Part shown: positions 52,565-64,000 of the stretch, piece by piece
Layout: each line of letters begins with the position of its first letter
Numbering within the stretch: position 1 is the first letter of the stretch
From: Felis catus
Taxonomy: Eukaryota
Reading direction: 5' to 3'
Assembly: GCF_018350175.1 (NCBI RefSeq)
Contig: NC_058368.1
Location: 203,300,001-203,364,000, forward strand
Length of the DNA: 64,000 nucleotides
Made by a program: the position numbers and the translations under genes
Notes under the pieces: model-generated
The model's database searches: none
What the model was told of the DNA's origin: nothing
What the model saw: the letters and a program-made list of their open reading frames with translations, nothing else

Positions 52565-52960
52565 AATGTTGACCATTGTGATAACCTGCTGCAATTATCC
52601 TCCAACTGGATTCATTGCCATCTACGATTTTTGTTTATGATCTTTTAGCCAGTTCCAAATACACATGACTCTGTTCTCCTCCAAAGCAATTCTAATTAAT
52701 TTGCAAGTAAAAGTTCATGATCCACTGGGATCCACTGAAAATGGAAATGGGATCCATTTCAAATGCTTCACTGGAGCCCAAATACATGACGTCTGTTCCA
52801 TCCTTTTCATCCAGTTAGTTTTGTAACACTATCAAAAAGGCTATTATCATGGTTTGGCATCATTTGTCCATTATGGACCCTTCAACTTAAGGTTCAATAT
52901 TCCATTGTCTTCTAACTGTTCACAGATTGCCTTTCACTATTTTCTCCCTTACTTTGCTCC
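52565..52960 (-). mobile_element. Ancient CR1-clade LINE reverse-transcriptase fossil
   Basis: Frameshifted antisense translation: SKVREKIVK/AICEQLEDNGIL, CQTMIIA/FDSVTKL, DEKDGTDVMYLGSSEAFE, HELLLA, IWNWLKDHKQK/VDGNESSWRIIAAG. These are collinear with CR1 RT motifs. Confidence 0.8.
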
Positions 52961-55049
52961 ATAACGATCTGTTGCTTGGTTGTATGTAAACATTTTATTT
53001 ATTTGGGCATGTTTACAAAGAAGAAAGCCTGAAGGAAAGCAATTTATAAAATCGCTTTGATTTTGCAAGTTACATAGCATTTAAGTGAAGTCTTTGGGAT
53101 CGTTGGTCTTTATTTTACATTTCCTTAATTTTACATAAAATCCCATTCATGAAGAGTATTAAGAAGTTCCTGCATTATTAATCCATTGGTACTTGCATTT
53201 TCAAAAGACAATAAAACTAGGCAAATTAGTGAAGCGCGCATTGGGTCAGAGTTCATCCAATGAAGCAATAGGTTCATCATAGCTCAGACGGAAAACAAAC
53301 TAATTGTAAGGCAGAGTGAAGTAAATTGGAGAGGATCTAAGAATGTTTGTATAAGGCACAATAAACTGAGATTTACTGGTGTACCAGTAGCTCATTCATA
53401 GCAATTATTGGTAACGTGCAATAAGCAATAGCTCTAATGATATCAATTACCAATTGTATTGGCTGCAATTTCTATGATAATTAAATCATTTGGTTATATA
53501 TGGATAACCCTAAAGTGTAGAACAGTTTGTTCTCTAGTATTCCTCCTGGAAATCTGTTGAACTTTGCTGATTGTTTAGCGAAAGTCTTTTTCTTAAACAA
53601 ACAAAGGAAATTCACAATACAGCACTTGTTTTCAAACTTCAAAATTAGTAATGTGTGAAAAATTAGAAGTACCCATATTATATTTCCTCTCTGTTCAGAA
53701 TAGTTTTAAAACATATTTGTGAAAATAAATTTTTTAAAAATTGTAAATTGAGTATTCATGTTTAAAATGCTTTTGCAAAGCTTTTTGTTTTCTCAGTTAC
53801 CAAAACTATTATTTTTAAAGTGAAAACATGTATTAACTTTGTCTTATCCTGATCCAGTTCAGTGAGAAAGCATTTCCATTTATAATGGAAGAAAACTCTT
53901 ATTTTTAAAATCTGATTAATATCTGATGGAATTCCAGGCTAGGAAGTGGCCACTAAAGGACTGGGCAATTCGAAATTGAAATAGACATGTGTAAAATAAT
54001 CCTATTAATTGCTCGAGGCAGCAGGAGGTAGGTGTCCGAAGACAATCAAAGAAGAGGGAAAATTCATTTGATGTTTTTCCAATCAAATAGCTAATTTCTG
54101 GATAATTCTATGAACATGTAATTGGGAAAAAGTAATGAATGCTTGTGAATTTAAATACATATGAGTTAAAGGCTAAGTGGGGAATAATATTGGAATAGGG
54201 TGGAAAAAGCAGAAAATAATGTTTTTAATAGAAAAATTAGTTATAATACTTCCTAGTTGAAGGGCTGCATCCCTTTCAAATTTGCTTATTGACAACGTGG
54301 TTTTTTCTTAAGATTTAAATAAGAAACACATACAAAGGGTAACCGCAAATTTCAAATTTTTAATATTTGTTTTTAACATTTATCATGAGAGCTCTTTTTA
54401 CTTTTTAAAGCATCTTTTTATTGTTCTGATTAAACACATGTGATGATTAAATATTTCCCAATGAAAGTATTAAGTTTTTCTAGCTATACACATGAATGAG
54501 CATGCCATATTAGCTACAGGACAATAAAAACATATATTAACAATGATGATCATTTGGGCAACACAATAGATCCTAATATAGATAAAATGGCCCCTCTATG
54601 GCTTGTTTAATTAGGTTGCTTGTACCTAAAAGCCCTCAATCTATTTTTGTTCCATCAATATACTAAACCCAGAAAGATTAAATATTTTCACTTAGAAGAA
54701 AACTTGTATTCTTATTTTTAATAATGGAAACTCTAGATTCACAGAAACAAAAATCTGCCACTGAATTAAGATGTCTGATTAAAATTCACTAAAAAAGGTT
54801 TTAACTGTTTCTATATGAAAACCAAAAAAGCTAATATGGAAACAATGTTCTATCTCTTTGTACTTCTACTTCAAAGTACTTATTTTAAATATTTGTTTAT
54901 ATTATAATTGAAGTAAACATCCTCTATTGGCTCAATGATGACAGAGGCAAAAACAATTTGTTCTCCACAGTCTTTGGTACCTACAATAATACTATTTGGA
55001 AAAACCTTGGTAAGAATTTGCTCAATGAATTAACGTGTGGCCCTCACAT

Positions 55050-55460
55050 CAGCCAGGGTTCATTCAAGCAGATAACCAGAACCAGTAGGAGACCTATATT
55101 AAGAGATTTAAGCCCTGGTGAGGGCTGGCTAGCTATGTCCAAAATCCACAGAGCAGGCAGTTAGGGAGGGGAGGCTAGAACTCTTGGTTCAGGGCTCATA
55201 GTGCTGTTCTCAGGCAAAATTTCTCTTTTCATCAGGGAAGTCTTAGCTCTGCTCTTTGTGTATTTCAACTGATTGAATCAGGCCCACTCGGTTGCTTAGA
55301 ATAATTGCTATTACCAAAAGGCTAATAATAATTTCTTTCACTTCAATGATTATGGACCTTAATCATATCTGTAAAATACCTTCATCAAAATGCCTAGATT
55401 CGTGTTTGAGTGAAAGGGGGCTATAACCTAACAGAGTTGACACAGCAAAAAGACCTGAAC
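55050..55460. mobile_element. MLT2F-like ERVL LTR
   Basis: tttcaactgattgaatcaggcccac...ttaatcatatctgtaaaataccttca...cctagattcgtgtttga...agttgacaca. Confidence 0.75.
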
Positions 55461-55555
55461 AAATGGAATATGCTCTACCTTTTCTAGAAGTGGATAAATC
55501 TATTTGACTTTAGGCTTTCATGTATATTATCATTTTCAATAATTTTAAGAATCCT

Positions 55556-55765
55556 GGGGGCACCTGGGTGGTTCAATTGGTTGAGTATCAAACTTCGGCG
55601 CAGGTCATGACCTCAAGGTTCATGAGTTGGAGCCCTGTGTTGGGCTCTGTGCTGACAGTTAGGAGCCTGGAACCTGCTTCAGATTCTGTCTCCCTCTGTC
55701 TCTGTCCTTCCCCCGCTCCCTCGCTTGTTCTCTCTCTCAAAAATAAATAAACATTTAAAAAATTT
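55556..55765 (+). mobile_element. SINEC
   Basis: Typical body; TSD aatcctg. Confidence 0.95.
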
Positions 55766-55989
55766 GTTTTAAATCCTGCATTTATGTCCTCATTTTATGG
55801 AAGAGAAACTTGCAGTTAAAGAAAGATGAAGTTAACTTGTAATGTTTACCCGTTAGTGAGGGTTAAAAACTAAAATATATTCATTTCAAAGCTATAACTC
55901 TTAAAAACTATAATCTTTGCATGGTATGGTTAAATACAAATTGGCATACAGAGAAAGGGGAAAAAAGTGTTCAAGTGTGCCGTTTTAAA

Positions 55990-56050
55990 TATTTTTTTAA
56001 TGGTTATTTATTTTTGAGAGAGAGAGAGAGAGCGCGCGCGTGCGTGCGCG

Positions 56051-56108
<58 letters not shown>

Positions 56109-56249
56109 CATGAGGGGGAGGGGCAGAGAGAGAGAAAGACAAGATCTGAAGCAGGCTTTGCGCTGATGCGGGGCTTGAACCCATGAACCATGAGATCATG
56201 ACCTGAGCCGAAGTCTGACACTTAACCTACTGAGCGACCCAGGCACCAC
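55990..56249 (-). mobile_element. SINEC containing a (GA)n(GC)n(CA)n array
   Basis: Antisense body; TSD caagtgtgccgtttta / caagtgtgtcatttta. Confidence 0.9.
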
Positions 56250-58648
56250 CAAGTGTGTCATTTTAGTAAAGAATTTCAATCTCTCATTGCAATCTACTTG
56301 TTTTCCCCTCCCCCTCTCCATTAATGTGTTCATCTAAGCCACTCACTCCCAGTATTCCTGAGGAAGTGCTAAAAGAGAACATAGGATGATTGATATAATA
56401 ATTATAGAGATATTTATTATCATTGTGTCTCATTACAACAGAATATTTTGGAAGCCACAAAAAAATGTTTTAGCCAACAACAGTAGGAAAAAACAAACTT
56501 CACATGTGCAACTGTCAAAACTTATGCTAAAATTATTATTGGTTTTTATTTAACTTTATTCAATGTCTGGGTCCAGCTTCTAGAACTGTTCATAACTGAG
56601 AAGTAAAAACAAGATTTCAGCCTTTTAGCTTGTAATAAATGATTTCTCCGTGACACCTTTTTATTCTACATTCTCATATTCTGCCTTACTACTTAGGTTT
56701 ATTATATATATAGCTAAGCCCCTCGCTAGTGTTATGTACAAATCTACTTTGAATATAGCTGGGTTTTCTAGACCACATAGAAACAATGAGAGATATACAT
56801 GAATTTACCTATATAACCAAATAGAATATTATTTATTACAAATTTTAATAAGTATTATTCAGTCTAAATTTATAAGTTGGGACTTTGATAGTGAATTTGA
56901 TTTGTAGATTTCATAATGAATCTCAAACTGTTATTCCTTTGCAAACTTAAAAGTTATAATAGCCAATGATATCTTAAGAAATAAAGTTAGTAATCCATTT
57001 TCACTTTTTCATAAGAAAAACTATCCCTTTTAAATACTAAACAGAATTTTCTTCTATTTAATGTTAGCAATACAATGCTAGCGATAAATTCTGTGACTGT
57101 CCAAAAGATAGAAATAGGAGAGAACTTTCAGAAAAGTCCAAATACAGTCCAAAGAGAAGAAAGTTTTCCCAAAAGAAAGAAAAATGAAAACAGATGCCGC
57201 GTCATCCTCCATTATGTTAGCTCGTGCATGGTTCTTGCTAAAGAACAGACATTCAATCTGCTTTGAATTATTTGTCACTTGGCTTCTTTATATTTCCATG
57301 CCCTATTTTGCATTGTACTCACTACTCATTGTGTTACACAATCTACATTCTGCAAAAATAATGTTAATATATATCCTTACCAAGGACCAAATATGCGTGA
57401 CCACATTTAGAATCTTTGCAAACCTTGACGTTTTTTGACTTTGCAACCAAACTTGATCATTTGGGGGTTCGAGTTCGCTTGCTCTTGGCCGAGCTGAACG
57501 TAAAGTCCAGTGAATTGGACTTTAAAAGGCTTATAAAATATTCAAAAAGCTTCTTGCACATCAAACAGGTCTTAAGACAGAACATTTTGATGAGTTTAGT
57601 GTAAATGAATCAGAAGCATATGGATTAAATTTACCTTAAAATACTCCTGGGTTTAAGAATTAAGAGAAAATGTGCTTGGCAAAACACATTTTGGGTTTTG
57701 CCTAACCCAGAACATTGGAAAAGTATTTCAAGATGTTTGATGAACCTAAATCATGGCTGGGTTCACCCATCCCTAATCCCATCTGGTAATAGCAAAGGAC
57801 AGGCAGAGGCAGATTTTAGGTGCATGGATCTAGTTCAGGTTTATAGCATGGTCATCCCAGACTATTGGATAACTTGAGAATGCCTTGCTTCATCTAAATC
57901 AAATATGTGCTAGTGTTTTCATATCTAAGACCTGCAGAATGTGTACTTTATATGAAGGGTGTAGTTCTACATAATTATAATAGCTTCTATGTACCCCCTC
58001 AATAAAAAAGAGAAATCATAAGGTTTATTCTTACTGGGAGCATATCAAGATATGTTTAGAGAATTCAATATTAATCTTAATGATTATTCACTTGAATAGA
58101 ATGAAAGCTTATCAATTATTTCTACTTTTTAAAGGAACAAAAATATGTTAAAGACGACTCAGGGTTTCAAAAAGATGTGACATGTACAATAATCAATATT
58201 GAGAAATTTTGTGTTCTTTTCCAATATGATTTTTATTCATACATAAGAAATGGGCAGCATATATGAACAAGTCATTAAATTATTTAAGTATATAACTTTA
58301 TACTTCAGTATATTTAGTATAAATTGTTACTTTTAAGTAACAAATCATTCCTGATTTAGAGACATTCTAATAATATTTGAATTAGTCTTCATTTGAATTT
58401 ATGAAATCTCTTTACTTGTGGGTAAACAAATATGGAGGGAAAAAGTTATTTATATGCCATCTTCTTTTTTCTCTTCCAAAAAACAAATAATCAGGGAGAG
58501 ATGCAGATCACTAACTCACATGAATATAAATAACAGATACCTATGAATTGGCAGCTCAAAATTTTCAAATTACAGCATCAAACATTCATATTCTCAAATA
58601 CGGCTCATTGTGTGGGAATACTAATGATCTCAACTAAGAAAGTTTTCT

Positions 58649-58895
58649 AGGAGAGACTGGGTGGTTCAGTCAGTTGACTGACTCTTGATTTCGGCTCAGG
58701 TCATAATCCCCATCATAATCCCATTGATCCCAGGTCATGGGATCAAGCCCAGTGTTGGGCTTCACTCTGGGCATGGAGCCTGCTTGAGATTCTCTCCCTC
58801 ACCTTCTGCCCCTCTTCCCAACTCGTGCTGTCTCTCTTTCTCTCTCTCTCTCTGTCTCAAATAATAATAATGATAATAATAACAACAATAATTTT
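58649..58895 (+). mobile_element. SINEC (older subfamily)
   Basis: Body with internal cataatccc duplication and (aat)n tail. Confidence 0.9.
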
Positions 58896-59050
58896 AAAAA
58901 GAATGGTAAAGATAACATCTAAAGTGCAATCTAAATGTGAGTTTTTGTAACAAATAATATATAAATGTAAGACATTCTTGAGCCTTAGATTAGTAAATAT
59001 GAATGATATTTACCACTTCCTCAACATTAAGGAATAGAAGATGTTTCCAA

Positions 59051-59263
59051 GGAATGCCTAGGTGGCTCAGTTGGTTAAGCATCTGACTTCAGCTCAGGTC
59101 ATGATCTCATGGTTCATGAGTTTGATCCACGCATTGGGCTCTGTGCTGACAACTCAGAGTCTGGAGCCTGTTTTGGATTTTGTGTCTCCTTCTCTCTCTG
59201 CCCCTCCCCTGCTCATGCTTGCTCTCTCTCTCTCTCTCAAAAATAAATAAACATGTAAAAAAA
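59051..59263 (+). mobile_element. SINEC
   Basis: Typical body; TSD tgtttcca. Confidence 0.95.
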
Positions 59264-59544
59264 GAGTGTTTCCATAAGAAGAAAAGTTTTCATGTTATGG
59301 AGTGATGATAGGCTATTTTCTGCCATCTGAAAAGAAATTACTAATAGGATATAAAGACCTATTTGTGTACATATTTATACAAAGAGGGTAGAGTTTTTTA
59401 AAAAATTTGCTCTGTTTATTTGCTTATTTACTCAAATCAGCTTTACAAATAATTTTTGTTTTCAAATGAGGAACGAAGAGGTAACTGATTCACAAAATGA
59501 AAATGTTTATATAAAAATGTGTATAGATAGAGAACTCATCTTTT

Positions 59545-60340
59545 CTTTCTATGTATAGTTTACACAATATTATATTAGTTTCAGGTGTACAACAGTGACT
59601 TTACCATTCTGTACATTATGCTATGCTCACTACACATGTAGATACCATGTGTGACCATACATTATTAAATATCATTGACTGTATCCCTTATGCTGTACTT
59701 TATATCCATTTGACTTATTTATTCAAATAACTGGCAGTTTGTTCCTCAGTCCCCTTTACCAATTTCACTCATTCCCCATCCATCTCCCTTCTGGCAGTTT
59801 GTGCTCTGTATTTATGATTCTGTCTCTGTTTTTTGCTTAATTTGTTTTGTTTTTCAGATTTCACATGCAAGTGAAATCATATGGTATTTCTCTTTCTGTT
59901 ATTTCACTTAGCATAATACTCACTAGGTCCATTCACGTTGTTGCAAATGACAAGATCTCATTCTTTCTTTTATGGTTGAGTAATACTTGATTGTGTGTAT
60001 GCACGTGTGTGTGCGTGTATGCCATATCTTCTTTATTCATTCATCCATTGATAATACTTGGGTTGCTTCCATATCTTGGCTACCATAAATAATGCTGCCA
60101 TAAACACAGGAGTGAATATATTTTTTTGAATTAGTGTTTTTGTATTCTTAAGGTAAATACCCAGTAGTGGAATTACTGAATCATGTCATATTTCTATTTT
60201 TAGTTTTGTGAGAAACCTCCATACAGTTTTCTACAGTGGTTGCACCAGTTTACATTCCTATCACCAGTGTATGAGAGTTTCCTTTTCTCTCCATCCTTGC
60301 CAATGCTTTTTAGTTCTTATCTTTTCAATACTAGCCATTC

Positions 60341-60392
<52 letters not shown>

Positions 60393-60630
60393 ATATATAA
60401 TTGTGGTTTTGATTTGCATTTGATTTGCATTTCCCTGATGCTTACTGATGTTCAGCATCTTTTCATGTGTATATTGGTCTCTAAATCTCTTTGGAAAAAT
60501 GTCTATTCATGTCCTTGGCCAACTTTTTTTAATTGGATTACTTGGGGGAGTTTTTGGTGTTGAGTTGTAGAAGTTCCTTATGTATTTTGGATATTAACCC
60601 CTTACTAGATATATCATTTGCAAATATCTA
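59545..60630 (-). mobile_element. L1MA9/L1_Carn-like 3' fragment
   Basis: tattagtttcaggtgtacaaca...ttgcaaatgacaagatctcattc...ggtaaatacccagtagtggaattact...ttggatattaacccctta. Confidence 0.9.
60345..60389. repeat. (TA)n microsatellite
   Basis: Read directly. Confidence 0.95.
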
Positions 60631-61092
60631 GAAAATATCTATATTTAATGACCAAAAATAGAACTATGACACTTTAAAATAATTCAGTCTTTCATCAACC
60701 TTAACTTTCTCAAACCCAGTAACACCAAAGATGTTCATAGTATCCTAAAGATATGTCATAAATTTTCTGCACTAAAGATATATAATTTAATGTTAGACTC
60801 TCATTCATAGACTTTTGGATTCTTGTTCACCATTTATTTACCATTTACCATTTACTTATTATTATTTAACTTGATTATACCACAAGTATTTACTAAGCAC
60901 CAACTATGGGCAAGACACTGTTAGGTATAAGAGAAATATAATTATTACTTATCCAGAATTGCTTTTCTCAAAAAGTTTATGATATATTGGGTATATTAAA
61001 ACATGTATAACAAGGTATTAGTAAATGTGGAAAGTGACATAAAATCAGTATAGAAACATCCTGTGGATTTTTGAAAGAAAATTCTTAAGTAT

Positions 61093-61322
61093 GGGGCGCC
61101 TGGGTGGCTCAGTTGGTTGAACGTCCGACTTCGGCTCAGGTCATGATCTCACAGTTTGTGGGTTCGAGCCCCACATCAGGCTCTGTGCTGACCGCTTGCT
61201 CAGAGCCTGGAGCCTGCTTCAGATTCTGTGTTTCCTTCACTCTCTGCCCCTCCCCCACTCACGCTTTGTCTAACTCTGTTTCTCAAAAATAAATACATGT
61301 AAAAAAAAATTAAAAAAAAAAA
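61093..61322 (+). mobile_element. SINEC
   Basis: TSD gaaaattcttaagta. Confidence 0.95.
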
Positions 61323-62818
61323 GGAAAATTCTTAAGTAGATCCCATGAAGCAGGCATAATGCCAGCGGGAAAAATAACAGCTGACAATCTTACATTAAAA
61401 TATGGCCCAGGAAATGTTAAACAAGAAAGTCTATCGCCTAACACTTTAACAACGGATGCTAACAAGAATCGTTTAAATTACGTTGAGTTGATTTTGTCTA
61501 AAAAGATAAGGAAGTATATAACATATCTTCAGTGAACTTGAATTTAGTGTGAATTTTGTATCATTTGAAAACAACTAAACAAATGTTTTGCAGAAGATGT
61601 TATGAGGAGCTTGTGAATAAAATGACACTACCGAGTATAGAATGTCTAATGCTGCACAACAGAACAGCCCTGGAGCAGGGACTAGGTCACTATTAGCAGA
61701 ATACAATTCAAAGTTGTCTATGAGAAAAGTGGCCAATCAGTTTTAAAAACCTTAAGCTACTGATGTATGGTAATTAAAAGGAATATATTTAGTCTACTTC
61801 CAGCTAAGCTGCAAGAGATAAATAGAAAATATCAGCCATCTGTATGTGTGTTCTGACGACCACATGTAGCCAAATGATCAGGAAAGATTGCTAACAAGAG
61901 CAGCATTGTGATATGAGAATGTCTGTTAGTAGGGCCCATCTGTCCTAACTGCTAACAAGATTTCTAAATGATTATTAAGAATATTAACTTCTGAAAACCG
62001 CTATTCTAAATTCTATCAGAAAACTTTTGCAAAGATAACGGGGAGAGTTTGGCGGGTAGCCAGCGAGCAGTATCTAAGATGCTCACTGCCTTATAATGTC
62101 CAAAGGTACCCTAAAGTAAATAACGGCGATTTTTAATGTTTGGGGAACATACATTTTGTAGTGTGGGCATTCCATATTAGGGACATTTACTAGCTATACA
62201 TTGATACTTACTATAAATGCACGGTTTAATTTGATTTATAAGCTAGATATTGTGTTTAGATTTTGTTACTGTTGTGTGTCAGCTTCACACAAGTCCTAAC
62301 ACGGCCACACACCTGGCATGTGACAGCACCCTTTATGAAGTAACCAGGGAAAAAGTGAAAGAGCTCACACGGGAAAGTACAGTCCCCACAACACTGACAT
62401 GTGAGGCCAATGTCGGCAACCTTCTGAAAACTCTTCCATCAAGAGTGATTTTTTCTAATCTTCTAGCTCTGATTTTCTAGTCTGGATTATGTTTCAGTTA
62501 TTTAGAAACTGTATTCATAGCTGTAAGCATTCTTTATATCAGATACATTAGACATAACTGAAGTTTCTTATTTCTTTTTAGATCCAGTAATAAAGTAAAA
62601 AATAAAAATATCCGGGGAAGGAAAATCGAGAAAGGTATAACACATTAACAGCAGTGATGGACTGACACATATGCAAATGCAGACTAATGACAAATATGTA
62701 GAAATAGCAAGAGAAATTAAAGAGCAGGGAATAGAAAGGGACCTGAGAGAAGGGTCACCTGTCTCCCAGCGCCCTGCCCCACTCAGATCTCCTTCACTCA
62801 CTGGCACTTTTCACCAAA

Positions 62819-62821
62819 ACA

Positions 62822-62880
<59 letters not shown>

Positions 62881-62882
62881 CA
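62819..62882. repeat. (CA)n microsatellite
   Basis: Read directly. Confidence 0.95.
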
Positions 62883-63802
62883 CCAGCCTTCAGCCATTAA
62901 TGTGCTCAGCTTCACCTCGCCTGTAATTTCACAACATACACACTTACCCACGTCCATACGATTTCTGCCTTTCTTTCTCTGATCTGAAAGAGGTGAACCT
63001 GCTGTCTAACCTTTGTACTTCAATTCTTCCTCTCCTGAATTTGTCTCTCTTCATATTGCTTCCTTCCAACTCAAGGCACCTCCTTAAATCTTCCTTCTAC
63101 TCATGGTCAATGTTTTATCAAAAAGTCTTGACATTCACCTTCATTTACTTATTTCCTATTCATTTTTTAATTCACTTCTAATCCAATTCCACCCCAGCTC
63201 TGCCATTAAAATTGCTTTTACTACTGTCACTGGTAGTTTTTAAAAAATGGAAGATTTGAAAAAAAAATTTTGTATACCTTTAATTCTAATGCATTAATTT
63301 TACTTCTGAAAAATCTCAAGTGATTAAATGATGATTATAATTTAGCTGATCAGTATAAGTTTGAGGAAAAAAATTAAGCTCTCCATTTCTTTCTAGCATG
63401 AAGTGTGATCAAATTGTTTAAAACTAACGTTTTAAGGGGCACCATTACCTACACAATGCCAAGCCACAAGCATGCATACATACCTGGAACGGAAATGCTT
63501 CTAGTGACAGACAACTGTCCCACACATCGAGGTATCATCAATACAAAACAAAGTAGCAGCAGCAGACTCTGTCTCAAATGCCATATCCTAGCATCCTGTC
63601 CTATTGACACATTAGATGCTTGTTCCAATAGCGATAGACTAAGACCTGAAAACGATCTCCTTTTATAGCTACTGATTTTGAAAAACTTTCACAAAACCCA
63701 GCAATTTCTTGGTGCTTCTTAGCACCAAAATGTATTTTTTTAATGTTATGTGAGTTTTAACAAAATTTACATGGGTACTTTAGCAATCAGACAGATAGAA
63801 AT

Positions 63803-63988
63803 GTATTTTTTTTTTCATTTTAGAGAAAGAGAGATAGCACGAGGGGGCAAAGGAGGAGAGAGAGAGGGAGAAAGAATCTTAAGCAGGCTCCAGGCTCTGC
63901 ACAGAGCCCATCATGGGGCTTGATTCCATGACCCTGAGATCATGACCTGAGCCAAAATCAAGAGTCAGACACTAGACCAACTGAGCCC
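63803..63988 (-). mobile_element. SINEC, slightly 5'-truncated
   Basis: Antisense body; TSD tagaaatgtat. Confidence 0.9.
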
Positions 63989-64000
63989 TTAGAAATGTAT

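Noticed and set aside
52740..52762. Short hairpin gaaatgggatccatttc as a possible miRNA
   Set aside because: The stem is far too short; it lies at the small insertion within the CR1 fossil.

Overview
AT-rich mammalian genomic DNA. About 30 carnivore tRNA-derived SINEs, several of the young felid SINEC_Fc type, indicate a cat or other felid. I cannot support any intact protein-coding gene, rRNA, genuine tRNA or CRISPR array; the supplied ORFs are short and mostly come from repeats. Much of the window is interspersed repeat: SINECs, a ~4.6 kb old L1, short carnivore L1 3' ends, L2, MIR, MamSINE1, CR1/L3, MLT LTRs and hAT MERs. Repeat families were named by eye, not by RepeatMasker. The most interesting signals are: (i) plus-strand exon-like blocks with near-consensus splice sites and a 69-nt intron (6238-6471, possibly with 2320-2881 and 10029-10129), resembling a decayed coding gene or lncRNA; (ii) a still-readable CR1 reverse-transcriptase fossil (52565-52960) beside an enhancer-like block in a long SINE-free interval; (iii) a triple 11-mer cluster at 61.4-62.0 kb; (iv) several small retrotransposition and duplication oddities. 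I see no convincing evidence of a wholly new biological system.
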